From Puccinia triticina (Eukaryota), in NCBI GenBank assembly GCA_026914245.1, contig CP110439.1, positions 4,464,001 through 4,528,000 on the forward strand: a stretch of 64,000 nucleotides of DNA, read 5' to 3'. A program made the translations under genes and the position numbers. Position 1 is the stretch's first letter; each line of letters starts with the position of its first letter. The notes under the pieces were generated by a model that had not been told where the DNA came from, made no database searches, and saw only the letters and a program-made list of their open reading frames with translations. Below are positions 27,571 to 40,628 of this stretch, in pieces.

Positions 27571-27877
27571 ATAAAAGGAAAATTGCATAGGTCTCAAATC
27601 CGTCTGGCATAAATTAGGCAATACACAAAGATTGCAGGGTAGAAAGAATTTGGGATTCATGGGTATGATCCTTGTTCTAATTGAGGATTAACTTGAGTAT
27701 GCTGGATGTCAACTGGCAGCAGTTTCTTGTTTTTTTTTTTCATGAATGCAACCGCCACTCAAAGATGGTTTGAAATAGGCTGAGGGCAAGAATATGCAGA
27801 TCTCGCTTGCCCCAAGGATGTCACAAGTTCGTTGAAATATGTGGGACATGGTCCACCCCCACAGAGCCCACAGTCAC

Positions 27878-30014
27878 ACCTCTCAATGACTGTACCGGTT
27901 ATTGAGGGGACTCCCACCTCTCAATGACAGGCACGGACCAGTCATCAGTCATACCTCCCAATGACTGGCGCGGACTGGTCATCAGTCACACCTCCCAATG
28001 ACCGGTCTTTACTGGTCATTGAGAGGACTCACACCTCTCGATGATTGGTCAGACTGGTCATTGAGGGGACTCACACCTCTTGATGACTGGTCATCGCCGG
28101 TCATTGAGGTGAGTCACATCTCTTGATGACCGGTCAACCGGTCATTGAGGGGAATAACACCTCTGCATGACCGGTGTGTGCCAGTCATTGAGGGGAGGTG
28201 CTACTCTTGATGACCAATCGCTCTGACCGGTCATCAAGAGGAGGTGCTACTCCCCTTGGTGACCGGCACAGACCGGTCATCAAGAGGAGGTGCTACTCCC
28301 CTTGGTGACCGGCACAGACCGGTCATCAAGAGGAGATGTTACTCCCCTCAATGACCAGCACAGACCGGTCATCAAGAGATGTGACTCACCTTGATGACCG
28401 GTCATCACTGGTCATCAAGAGGTGTTATTACCCTTGATGACCGGTCTGACCAGTCATCAAGAGGTGTGAGCCCTCTTGATGACCGGTCTGACCAGTCATC
28501 AAGAGGTGTGAGCCCTCTTGATGACCGGTGATGACCAGTCATCAAGAGGAGGTGTTATTACCCTTGATGACTGGTGTGACCAATCATCAAGATGTAAGTC
28601 CCCTCGATGACCAGTCTGTGCCGGTCATTGGGAGGTGTGACCGGTCCGCGCGGGTTATTGAGAGGTGTGAGTCCCCTCGGTGTGGTAGACGGAAAAGTGA
28701 AAAATCAAAAGTTTTTTCTCATACATATATTTACTCACCCTAGTCCTCAAGATACCACCAAATAGACCTCATAAATGGATTCCACGGCCAATTTTACCCC
28801 TAGTCACCACTGGAAGCATCACTGGAACCCCGCTGGATTGGAAGTTACACCCTTTTGGACCCTCATGGACATGGCCAGCCCCAGTCATCAACCTGTCACA
28901 CCCCTCAAGTCACCTTTCCCAGGTATACACATACTCAGCCCCAGCCAAACAAATACTCTTTTCTATCCTACTTATCTCCACTGCATATGCAGGGGACCAA
29001 CCCCATTTCTTCTGTATTTGACATGTCCCCGCCTCATTTATGCACCCCTTGCAGCTGCATGCAGTCTTCTGACCCCATTTCTGCACTCCATGCATTAGTC
29101 TGACACCACTCATGCACCCCTTGCATGAAGTACCCCTGTATTTGACATTTCCCCGCTTTGTTTATGCGGTCCTTGCATAGTATGACCTCATCTTTCATTT
29201 CTCACCCCACTTTTTTCCTGTATTTAGTATCTTCTGACACCACTTTTATGCAGCCCACCAGCTAAAATCCCTCATCCAGGGTCCCCCTTGTAGCTAAAAT
29301 CCCTCACATTTGTCTATATAAGGAGCTCTCTCCCCCAGTTGTTTTTCCCTCAGCTCAGTATTCCCCAGTTATTTACATACCACCCATAGCTTTACCTTTA
29401 CCCTTATAAATACCCTTATAACACCTCATAACAGCCCTTACTTTGCAAATAACCACTGAGCTCACTCTCATATCTCTCATATCTCTTGCTTAACATATCA
29501 CGTGCCTGTCACAAGTTACCTGGTTCCTGGTTCAACTCCTGACTGAGACATATACCCTTCTCAGTCTAGACACTCTTCTCAACTTTTTATATCACCTGCT
29601 CGAGGACCTGTGTTCAAACCCCACCGGAATCATCAAGTCAACTTTCACCCTTTCCATCATCATAAATCCTCTCAACTCTCACATACCTGTCATCGAACAA
29701 CTTCATCTGGAACTAGACCAGACCTATCACTTGATTAAAACTTGCCAAGCTTAGCTTGGTGGGTCTTGTTATCTGATAGTATAGAAGGGCAGAGTTTTGC
29801 ACCTCCATCATCCCCTTCTCCATTCAGCAAAAGGGTTTCACAACCACTTTTGAGTCTTACATCAGTGACTGGCACATGCCACAGACCAGTCATCAAGAGG
29901 AGATGTTACTCCCCTTGATGACTGGCACAGACCGGTCATTGAGAGGAGATGTTACTCCCCTCAATGACTGGCACAGACCGGTCATTGAGAGGTGTGATTC
30001 CCCTCAATGACCGG
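27878..30014. repeat. Palindromic-unit array 1 (CTCTTGATGACCGG-N3-5-CCGGTCATCAAGAG plus short spacers), split by the solo LTR at 28681-29861
   Basis: About 20 units at 27878-28680 and 29862-30014; isolated related units at 20541-20640. Confidence 0.9.
28681..29861 (+). mobile_element. Solo LTR, 1181 bp, 4-bp TSD TCGG/TCAG
   Basis: TGTGG...TTACA; TATATAA near 29315; removing it restores the array unit cctcggtgactggcac. Confidence 0.75.
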
Positions 30015-31104
30015 TGTAGTGCTCCATTCCAAACCATAAGTAGTATTTTACTGTCTTCTTTTTTACATATATTCATCATTACACTGCCTATTACCTTACA
30101 ATCCTTCACAAATACCTCATTATTATTGCATATTCAGATTCTACGCCTCATTTCACCTATAGTCACTCATAAATAGTACACCCCTATCCTTAATGGTTCA
30201 ATAGTTATAGAGGATATAAGACTTACAGAAAACCTACAGTCTTCATTAGTTACAATACTCATTTCATTAGTAGCTTACTTGAATCATGACATTAAATTCT
30301 TTTTACAGATATATTCTCACATACTAAACCCTTTACATACATAACTCATTATGTACTATGCCTATTGTACACATTACATCATTGGATCTGTGCTTACCCC
30401 TTTCAGTAGTGCTCATCATCACAAGCTGTTACTTTGTTCACATTACTCTTCCCCATTTGTACAACCTTCATTCCCATAGCCAGAACTCCTCATTGTCTGT
30501 GCTCATCCTTCCTTCATATAAGAACTGTCCTCCCCCCCCTCACTTGTACCTCATGCAGAATTTTAGATACAGAAATTATAGTGCCCATTCTCATCAACCC
30601 ATTGCTATTGAATCATTGCCATTGCTTTCCCCCTTTCAACCATTGCCTCAACCCTCTCATCCTCAGTAGCCAAGCAGTAGTTAAAGCTCATAGTACTAGC
30701 TCCTAAGATCAAGTAGAAATCAGCCACACCTTTTCTTTCTTTTTCTTAGTGTTACTCTCATCCCCTCAGCATTAGTCAGGAAGGCAGCCTCATCAGCACC
30801 CTTGCATAGCTTACATTAGTACTAGTGTTGCTATCCATTTCCCTTCCAAGCTCTATTCTCCCCTTTGAGTAGTTCCACAAGTGGTGTCCCAACAGTGGCC
30901 TTCCTATACCTCAGATATCTTCACTCCTAGTAACAACTATACCATCAGCTTCACAAACTACTCTACCTACACTCCTCCTACTTCTTCCTTATAAACCAAC
31001 TTCCTGCTCTTAGAATTCATTACAGCCACCATTAAAAACTATCAGCACAATCATTATCACCTTTCAACACATTCATCTTTAAATTCAACACACCTATTTC
31101 AACT

Positions 31105-33585
31105 ATGTCTGCCCAAGGAAGCCCCAGCACCAATGCTGCCCCCAGTCTTCAACCAGTGGATCCTTCCAGTAATGCTGCAAACCAGGACCCCTTACCTTCC
31201 AATGTTGGCCAGACCCAAGATTCTTTCACTGCTCCAGGACCTCAGGTTACTTCCACTGCCTCAGGACCTCAGGTTACTTCCACTGCTCCAGGACCCCAGG
31301 TTTCTTCTTCTGTTCCAGGTCCTCAGGCCACCTCCACTTCTTTCAGGCCCCAGGCTTCTTCTACTGCTCATCCAAGACCTCAGGCTTCTTTCAGTGCTCC
31401 TAGATTTACTGGATACAGGGACAAAAATCAGCCATCAGATGATTCAGAAGATCTAGGTGCACCACCCCGCTTTCCCAGATTTCAGCATCAGAGGGACCAT
31501 TCAACACACTCCAACAGGTCCAACACTCACTTCTTAAACAGAGAACCAGCCATGCCAAGGTACCAGGATCCTGTCAGCAGAGGAGTCAAGATTAAACCCA
31601 TGGATAAGGAGCTCTTCTTTGATGGAACCAACATGCCAGTGGAAAAATTCATTAGAAGGTATGAAAGTGCTGGAAGGGATGATGGTGCTAACTCTAGGGA
31701 ACTGGCTGGACAAATCATTGCTTTCATCAAAGGATTGGACCTCAAGGATGAAGTGGAAGAAATGTCAGGCCATGAAAACTTGGATTGGGAAACCTTGAAG
31801 AAACAGCTACTCACCAGGTTTGGAACTTCTCAGCCATTGGTCAGATACACCAGGGAGGACCTCAGGAAACTAGTCTACAAATCTGCTCAGGATGGAGGAA
31901 TCAGCACCTTGGAAACCTTCAACACCTTCAGGAAAAAGTTTGAAACCATCACTCACCATTTGGTAAGAATTGGGTATAGTACCAGCTTGGAGGAATTCAG
32001 ACATCTTCTCTTGGAAACTCTCCACAAGGATTTGGACCAACGTGCTACCAGGAGCCTGATGAAGGACAACCAAATGCTAGCCTCAAAGGATGGAGGTGAT
32101 ATCTTGCCAGATACTGAAACCCTGCTTACCTACATTCACCAGGAGGTTTACTCAAGATCAGTGGTCAACAGAAGGACTGAATGGAGGGCAGAAGAGAAAT
32201 TCACCTTGGACAACTCACCCAGGACCTCCAAGCCAACACCTGCTACTCAGGGAACTGCTCCTACTGCTTCTACTTCTTTGGACAAACAAGTGGAACTCCT
32301 TACCAAACAGTTTGCATCCCTCACTGCTGGAAAAGGACTACCTCCCCACATGGACAAACCTGCTACTAGGAATTGGCCTTTAAAATGTTATTACTGTCAC
32401 CAGGATACCCATGGAACCAACAGCTGCTCTCAACTGGCCCAGGATATTTCTAGTGGTGCTGTTACCAGGGATGTAAAAGACTACAAACTTCCAGACAAAT
32501 CAGTTATTCCATGGATTCCAAGCAGACCAATCAGAACCCCAGTGGAGGAGTACTCTAAGACTTTCACTAAGCTCACATCTTCTTTTGGCCAACTAGAGGA
32601 GGACCCAACATATTATCAATCCCACAGCTATGAGGCAAACCTTGGAAAGAGGACCAGAAGCAACTATAAGGACCAGGGTGAAGAGGAACCAGCCCAGTCA
32701 GACAAAAGGATCAGAAAGGAAAAACAGGACCTCATGGACATGGATACAGAAGACTTACTCCAAATGGCCCAGCCCCCTACTCCCAGTACTTCTAAAACTC
32801 CTACTTCTAAAGGCTCCCCTCAAGTCAGATTCCAGGATAAGGACAAGAAGGATTCAACCACTGCACCTAAGAATAAACCAGTTAAGAAAACCTATTTGGA
32901 GAAGACTTTGGCCAAGGAATACCCAGGAATTGAAGAGGAAGTGGCTATCAGGATGTTGACTGCAGGAAAAATGGAGTTGGCCTTTGGGGAAATCTTTGCT
33001 ATATCACCAGGAGTTACTGACTGTATCAGGAAGAAAATCACAAACAGAAGAGTCCCATTGGATGGTGGTAAATCAGTAAGCTTTACAGACATGGAGAATG
33101 AAGAAGAAACAGCACAGGAGCCACCTACTACTCACTATTCCTGCCCCCTTGGATACATCACCATCACTATTGGAGGAGAGAAACATCAAGCACTCTTGGA
33201 TACTGGATCCATGGTCAACATTATTCCTGAAGTTCTTGCCCATAAACTTGGACTGGTACTCACTGCTAAATCTATGAAGCTCAAGGGGATTGGAGGCCAT
33301 CTTACTGATATTCCTGGGATTGCTGAAGATGTTGAAGTAACCATTGGGAAGGTATTCAGGACTGTTCATTTCTGGGTAGGCGAAGAACCAGTTCAGATGA
33401 TTATTGGAAAGCCTTTCTTGACGGATGTATCAGCCAACATCAACTACAATGGAGCCAGAGGAGAAGCAATTTCAATCATGGATTCAGCTGGTCAAACTTT
33501 CTTGGTTCCAATCATTCTTCCTAGTAATCAGAAGTGGGAAACTAGCATACCTTCCAATTCTGGTCTGGTAAATTTTTTAGATTGA
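31105..33585 (+). CDS. gag: Gag-protease polyprotein (Gypsy A)
   Basis: FDGTN motif, zinc-knuckle-like CYYCHQDTHGTNSC, aspartic protease LLDTGS and IIGKPFL. Confidence 0.92.
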   Translation: MSAQGSPSTNAAPSLQPVDPSSNAANQDPLPSNVGQTQDSFTAPGPQVTSTASGPQVTSTAPGPQVSSSVPGPQATSTSFRPQASSTAHPRPQASFSAPRFTGYRDKNQPSDDSEDLGAPPRFPRFQHQRDHSTHSNRSNTHFLNREPAMPRYQDPVSRGVKIKPMDKELFFDGTNMPVEKFIRRYESAGRDDGANSRELAGQIIAFIKGLDLKDEVEEMSGHENLDWETLKKQLLTRFGTSQPLVRYTREDLRKLVYKSAQDGGISTLETFNTFRKKFETITHHLVRIGYSTSLEEFRHLLLETLHKDLDQRATRSLMKDNQMLASKDGGDILPDTETLLTYIHQEVYSRSVVNRRTEWRAEEKFTLDNSPRTSKPTPATQGTAPTASTSLDKQVELLTKQFASLTAGKGLPPHMDKPATRNWPLKCYYCHQDTHGTNSCSQLAQDISSGAVTRDVKDYKLPDKSVIPWIPSRPIRTPVEEYSKTFTKLTSSFGQLEEDPTYYQSHSYEANLGKRTRSNYKDQGEEEPAQSDKRIRKEKQDLMDMDTEDLLQMAQPPTPSTSKTPTSKGSPQVRFQDKDKKDSTTAPKNKPVKKTYLEKTLAKEYPGIEEEVAIRMLTAGKMELAFGEIFAISPGVTDCIRKKITNRRVPLDGGKSVSFTDMENEEETAQEPPTTHYSCPLGYITITIGGEKHQALLDTGSMVNIIPEVLAHKLGLVLTAKSMKLKGIGGHLTDIPGIAEDVEVTIGKVFRTVHFWVGEEPVQMIIGKPFLTDVSANINYNGARGEAISIMDSAGQTFLVPIILPSNQKWETSIPSNSGLVNFLD

Positions 33586-36277
33586 GACTAGGTTTTCAGT
33601 TTCCCTCTCTTAAAACTGCAACCCTGGAAAATAACCAAAAGCAAAAAGCTGTAGTCACTCATTCAGCAAAATATAAATCAACTCTAAAAAAGATAAAACC
33701 AGTAAACCAACCAATGCCACTAGCCCTCAACCCTCCATTATCAAGGCCACCACTCTCCAGGGATCCTTACCTCACTCCTTTAAAACCTTTTCCTCCACCA
33801 TTCATTCCTACCTCCAAGATTACCCAAGAAAGGCTGGACCTTATCAACTTTGGACCTCCTGGATGGCTCTCTCCTCAAGAATATCTCCTGCTGGTATGGG
33901 TAATTGTGATTAGACAAGGTGCTTTGGCTTTTGTAGAAACAGAAAGAGGCCTTCTTAAACACACCTATGGACAACCTTATATCATTCCAGTCATTCCCCA
34001 TGAACCCTGGCAACAGAAACCAATCCCAATTCCTGCACCCATCAAAGACCAGATTATAGAATTGGTAAGGGAAAGACTCAGCACTGGCCTCTATGAACAA
34101 TCCTTTTCCAGTTATTCCAGCCCTATATTTTGTGTAAAGAAGCAGGATGGTAATCTCAGAATTGTACATGACCTTCAGAAACTCAACAAAGTCACCATTA
34201 AGGACGCTGGACTACCACCAAAGACAGAGGAACTCATTGAATCATTTACTGGAAGGGCTTGCTATGGACTGGGTGATATTATGGGAGGATATGATGAAAG
34301 AGAATTATCTTCAGAATCCAGACCATTGACCACCTTTGAAACACCTCTTGGAAGATTTCAACTCACCAGATTACCCCAGGGCGCCACCAATTCAGTTGCA
34401 GTTTACCAGGCCCAAATGATGTGGATCCTCCAGGATGAATTACCTCATCACATGGGAATCTTTGTGGATGATGGAGGTATCAAAGGCCCAACTTCTGACT
34501 ACAATGAAGAAACTCTAAAGGACAACCCCCAGATCAGAAGATTTATTTATGAATATGCAATTACTCTGGAGAGGATTCTGTTCAGGATTGAAGAAGCTGG
34601 ACTCACCATCTCTGGAAAGAAATTTGCTTGCTGTGTACCTGCTTTGGATCTGGTTGGCCATGTGGTTTGTAAAGAAGGAAGAAGAATATCCACCAAGAAG
34701 CTCAACAAAATTGAAACCTGGCCAACTCCCACCACTCCTTCAGATGTCAGAGGATTCCTAGGTATCTGTGTATATGTCAGAATGTTTATTAAAAATTACT
34801 CAACCATCACTGCTCCTCTCAGAAAGCTCACCAGGAAGGACTCCTCTTGGGATTGGACTGAAGACTGCCAGGATGCCTTTGAGGACCTCAAGAGGATTGT
34901 TGGAACTGATATCACCTTGAAGAAATTGGACTATGGACCTGATGCTGGCTTAATAAAACTCTCAGTGGATTCCAGTGTTATTGCTGCAGGTGCTGTACTT
35001 ACCCAACAGGATTCTGATGGACTGGATAGGCCTGTGTTATATGAGTCAGTAGTCTTTTCACCCAGGGAATCAAAGTACTCACAATCCAAATTAGAGCTTT
35101 GTGGTGTTGCCAAGATCCTCAAGAAACTTCAAACCAAACTTTGGGGCCAACATTTTCAACTCAGAGTGGATGCCCAGTGCCTTATTGGAATGATCAACAA
35201 CCCTTCACTCCCCAATGCCCCTATGAACAGATGGATTGGATTTATTCAGTTATTCTCCTATGATCTGGTTCAAACTCCTGGAAAAACTTTCACCTTACCT
35301 GATGGACTGTCAAGAAGGCCTCCTGATTCTGATGAAGATGATTGCCCTAGCTTTGATGAAGATGAAACCTGGATCAAACCTCACCCTGGATTTGGAACTA
35401 AACACTCTTCTTTTGGCCTGCTTCTGGGGAAATCAGCTCAGTTGGGGGAGGGGGTAAGTAACTTGCAGCAAGGAATTTGGAAGCACCTCCAGGAATACCT
35501 TTCAACCATGAACAAACCTCCAGGATGCAGCAGCCTGGAATTCAAGCAAATTTTACACAAATCAGCCAAATTTTTCCTTTCCAATGGAGTCTTGCACAGG
35601 ATCAACAAACCATTTTCCCAAATAGTGGTCACCTCACTTTCAGCTCAAAATTCCATACTTAATTCCCTTCATGAATCCTTGGGCCACAGAGGTATTGCTG
35701 AAACTTACAGAAGAATTAAACTCAGATTTTGGTGGCAAGGTCTCAAGAGAGGTGTTACCAAGTGGGTCCAGTCTTGTGATGCTTGCCAGAAAAGGAGCTC
35801 AAAATTGCCAATGGAACCCAAGAAACCTACAGGAGCAGCAACCATATTTGGAAGAGTCAGTTTGGATACAGTTCACATCAAAGCTGGCAAATGGAAATAC
35901 CTGGTAATTGCAAGAGATGACCTTTCTGGATGGGTAAAGGCAGTTGGACTAGAAAAGATTCAGGCAAAGAAAATTTCTCAGTGGTTCTTGGACAATTGGA
36001 TCTACAGATATGGAGCTCCTTGGTCAGTCACAATGGATGGAGGCTCTGAATTTGGACAACAGTTTCAACAATCCCTTCTGGAATCTGGAATCAAAGTCAA
36101 GGTCACCACTCCTTATTATCCTGAAGCAAGTGGAATGGTAGAAAGAGGACATCAGTCAATTAAGGATACCTTGGTCAAACTCTGTGGAAAAGAAGGCAAG
36201 AAGTGGAGGAATTATTTACCTTTGGTTTTATTTGCAGACAGAATTTCCACCAAAAGATCAACTGGTTGCTCACCTTA
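33582..36277 (+). CDS. pol: Pol (RT-RNaseH-integrase) in the -1 frame, interrupted at 36277
   Basis: RLPQGATNS, FVDDGG, RNaseH VDSS/ELCG, integrase zinc finger H..GH..C..C and D,D,E core; slippery AAATTTTTTA just before the gag stop. Confidence 0.93.
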
Positions 36278-39200
36278 TATAGATGGCCATCTGGACCCAG
36301 GTACCCGCAACGGGTATGGGTACCCGCCTCTTTTTCAGCAAATTTTTGATACCCGTATCCGGACCCGGACACGCGGCAGCAGGTACCTGGGTCTTTTTGG
36401 CCGCTACCCGGGTACTTTTTTGTACTTTTTCAACAAACAAGCTCAATATTTCATTTCATTTCATGTACTACTTCAACCCTATAATAGATACTTTCACCTC
36501 TATTTCTCTTTCATCTTTCTTTTCTTCTTGCCTAGGATCCGCTCATTCCACTTATTTAGAACCCCATCCTTTATCTTGTTATTTTTAAAATAAAAAGCTA
36601 CCACCGTTCCCCTGCTTACAGATACTGCACTAAGCCTGTGCCTCTTGAGTGCGACATAATCTCTTCCAAAACTGAAAGCGCGCTCCACATCAACCGACGT
36701 AGCTGGAAATTTAAAGGAATGATCAAATAGTAAATTAGAAAGAATTCCGAATACCATTTAGAACTAAATAGCATACCTGGACAACTCAATACATCCAGTG
36801 CCATTGTCAAAATCCCTCCGTAAGTGTTTCCTCCCCGCTTTTGTTGCAGCTACCAGTCAAGGCCGTTGACTGGTTCCGATCCATTCAAGACAAGCACCCC
36901 GGCAAGCCAAACATCAAGTGGGTCCATTGATGAGTTTCCCGAGCGTGCTGCAGAAGCCGCACCAAGTTGAGAAAGGAATCCAGTTGCGGGCTGGAAACAA
37001 ATTATGTTAGATATATAAAAATGTTTGAAATACTAATAAGAAAACTTACTTTTGCCTTTGGATCGGTAGGTTTGGAAGCTGTTGGTATTGGTTTGGGCTT
37101 ATAGTGATTGATCCACATCTTGCGTGCCAGGGAAATTGCGTCATTAATCCAATCTTTATCTCAGCCGGCAATCTTGAAATATTCATCCTTGAACAAGGGG
37201 TGTAGGACTTTGCGGTTGGCCAACAAGATGGTTCCAAGTCATTTTAAAAAAGAAACATTATATAGACAATACAGAGAACAAAAGTAAGATATGGAATGGA
37301 GACTTACTCATAGCCACTCTGTAAAGAGGTGAGCAGTCGGTTAGCGTATAGTATTTGTTAGTAATCTTCAAACCGCCACAACATGCGTTCCTCAAGATGG
37401 GAGGGTAAGATTGTTTCGCTATGATTGTTGAGAGATGTTTGGTTATTTGATCAATGAAGACCACCACGTGCGATAAACGAGGTGATCCTTCAACTGAAAC
37501 CTGGAGTGTAATTTCAAACAATGGCTGCAGGACCGCAGCCAAATCATTAGCTGATTCAATGTTGCCCTTGTCAATTTGATATTTCCGAGCAACTCCATAT
37601 TTTTTATCCTTCTGCCATTCAATACTAAGAAAGAGGCAATCAGTTTTTGGCCAGTTTGATGGAGAATAATCAAGCCACATAACTGAACCTACATTGCCAA
37701 GTGACACCTTATGATGCTATTGAGTTGAATTAGAGTTGAGTTCCATTGTGTACAGACATCTCGTTTGATAGTATGCGGTTTATCACACTTCTCTTCTTTG
37801 CAGAAGCCGATAAACACCGCCTTTGAGTTCGGCGAATTTCTGAGCTTACGGGCAATAGCACAAAACTACAGGCGTGCATCAGTGGTATTATTGTCCAAGA
37901 GTAACGTGAAAAGTGAAACAATTCAGCCCACCTTTGCAAGAGTTTGTCGGCAACTTGAAGATTTGTATTGGTCCATCTCTTCATCTTCTTCACTCAGACC
38001 TTTGATTTCATCAATGTCCAGATCATCAGTTTGGGTGCCTTTTAAAATTGGAATCCCCTCTTTGCAATCGTCATCATTGGATTCAAAGTGATCTTCTCTA
38101 GCCTTTGTGTACCTAGAGAAATCCAATCAAACAGATAATGAGAATGATTATTGATCAAGGCAAGGTCAAATACTTACAATGCAATCTGTTCCTCGCAATC
38201 ATCTGATTTGGAGTCCGCATCAGATTCATCAGTCAATCTGGCCTTGTCTACGGTGTCTTCTTGATTTCGTTTTTGGGGTCCAAAAGGTTGCAGGATTGCT
38301 TTGGAAATGAGATTGAGTATGTGGGCGAAGCACTGTATCCATTGAGGTTGTCCTTTGAAGTGGGGCCACTTTGACAGCTTTTTCAACTCATTTACCATAA
38401 CTACATTATTGGACGCATTATCTGACACAATGCCATGAATATGGCCAATCAAAAAGAGATAATTAGAAATGTACAATCCAATAAGATAAAAAAAAATGAC
38501 CTTGCTTGCAACGTCAAATTTTCCAACAACCAGCTGCACTATTTCAGCCAAGTATTCACCGGTGTGGCTGCGCATTAACTTGATGAAATCAAGCGGCATA
38601 GATTCAAGCTGATACTTCCCACCGGCCCGCTTGTTAAGCCTGTAGATTACTATACCAAGAATGTCAAACCCATTGGGGGATTGCCATGCGTCCACCCCAA
38701 GATACATCGCGCCTTTGTGGTTCTGATGACCAGACAAGATTCCCAATTAAATAAATGAGGCCAATCACAAAGAGAGAGAAACAGGGTTGAACACTCCTCA
38801 CCTTTAACTCCAACTTGAATGATTCCTGTACCGCGGTGTACAGGACATGGATCGCTCTTGAGACCACGCGTTGATTGGGTAAGTTCTTGAGGACAGTTGG
38901 GTGCAACAAGGCTCGGAAGCTGGCGTCTTCCAACGCAGAGAAAGGTTGTGCAGCCTCTGTACACCATATTGCACATTGTTGTGTCACCTTTTCCTCACAA
39001 AATGTTGCACAACTTCTAATCAGCTTCATTATACACATCTGAATGATCTAAACATGAGAACTCACCTCGCGCGGGTCAATTTTGCCAGTTCCCGTGACTA
39101 CAAGAGATCCAAGGGTCCGAGTACGGTCATTAGTGTGCTTCTTCTGGGCACAGGCTGCAGCATGTTTAAGGAGATTACTGCAGGATGTGTCATACATAGG

Positions 39201-39987
39201 TCGATTGATTTTCTTGTCACATCCAAAGGACAAAAGAGCATTAGCAAAATAATTCAAAAAAGTGATAATAAAGATAACCATGAACCTACGATTTGCAAGG
39301 ATAAGCTATCATCCTCCTACCATTCTTATCAATTTGATTGGACAGCTCAGGTGTGTTGTATGACGCATAACTGGTACTGGCAGCGGTTTTGGTGATTTGT
39401 TGTTCTCGGCCAGTAAGTGTTTTAGATTGGGGAAGAAAAAAGTAAGTATTAAAAACCAATTGACCGACTATCAATCAATCAAGACCAGACGTACTAAGCT
39501 CCTCCGGATCGGTAGTAGCTCCGGCAGGCCCTCCACTGGCAGACGGAGTTGTTAGAAGTTCATCAGGATGCTCCTTGTCCACATCAATTGGATTGGTAGT
39601 GGCAGGCTCTTCAGATACGGACGAGATACTCCTACTCCTTGCTCAAGGGGCATTTGGCATAGATACCGAGTTTGGGGATGATTCTCGACGAGATTTCTTG
39701 GTTTGAAGGCGTGGGTGGGGCATAGTCGTAGTGTTGAGGTGGGATGGTAGTGTCGAGGTCAGATGGTAGTGTTGAGGTCAGATGGGTTGGATGATGTATA
39801 TCATTATACACCTGTCCCATATTTATGTACGTGTGCTGGGTGGGTATCACTGGTGGTACCCGGGTACCCGGACAAAAATTACATGAAATTCAGATACCCG
39901 TACCCGTACCCGGACATGCGGCGGCAGGTACCCGCCAGAGCAATGAGTACCCGTCGGCGTGTACCGGGTACCCACTTGCCATCTATA
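36278..39987 (-). mobile_element. hAT DNA transposon, TIR TATAGATGGC, GGGTACCC subterminal repeats, no TSD
   Basis: Termini tatagatggcca... / ...ttgccatctata; the flanking 8-mers tcacctta and tcgttgtc differ. Confidence 0.9.
36500..39820 (-). pseudogene. Multi-exon hAT transposase with at least one nonsense change; start uncertain
   Basis: NLLKHAAAC, LGVDAWQSPNG, IVSDNASN, CFAHILNL, TQWNS, C-terminal PATSVDVERAFS; GLDW*LQ near 36850. Confidence 0.85.
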
Positions 39988-40628
39988 TCGTTGTCCTTCC
40001 TGTTCAAGTATAGAAACAGCATTCTCAAGACGTTTATCAGCAACAAAATGTGTAACATCATCAATAAAACCTAACATATCTTATTTTGATCAAGGTTAAG
40101 AGGGTTACTGATAAGTAAACTGGAATTATATATGATGTAAAGAATAGGAGATAACGGTGATCCCTGGGGAAGACCACATTTTAATTCGAAAGAAGGAGAG
40201 AGATAATTGTCCATGCAAAGTGAAGTTGTTCAGTCAGACAGAAGTGAGTGGATAATATTTGCCAGATATAAAGGAACATCCTGTTTAATAAGAGTGTTGA
40301 TAAGACGATCTCTAATGACTCTAATGACCAATGGATAGGCAGATTTAACATCAAGGAAAAGCACTGGAACAAAGTTTAGATAGGATATTGTCAATCTCTG
40401 ATTCAGAAATAGTGGTAAAAAAAGAAGGACTGGGAAAATCAGGCAGAAGAATATTGCTTGTATCACAGTTTATTGGCACTTCAGATGTCCCTTTAAAAAG
40501 AAGGTTAGCTTGTTCCTCCTTGTCTGAGGTAAGTTCATCTCTTTCATTTAACAATGGCACAATATTGCCACTGGTCCTTGGTTTAGTGAATTTGTATGCT
40601 TTAAATAGCTGATGATCTTTGCTTTCAG
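39988..40628 (-). mobile_element. Tad1-like LINE ORF2 reverse-transcriptase fragment (decayed)
   Basis: FLDVKSAY, GLPQGSPLSPILY, GFIDDVTH. Confidence 0.85.

Larger units (their letters stand above)
30015..36277 (+). mobile_element. Ty3/Gypsy element A, 3'-truncated by the hAT element
   Basis: 5' LTR 30015-30879 (TGTAG...CCACA) preceded by CCGG; PBS TGGTGTCCCAACAG at 30882; gag-pro and pol ORFs; no 3' LTR. Confidence 0.9.

Noticed and set aside
27878..28680. CRISPR-like repeat/spacer appearance
   Set aside because: Spacers are only about 8-12 bp and similar to one another, repeats are degenerate, no cas genes are present, and the context is eukaryotic TE DNA.
36278..36593. Hydrophobic C-terminal tail of the 1003-aa pol ORF as an env-like domain
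   Set aside because: It is read-through into the hAT terminus.
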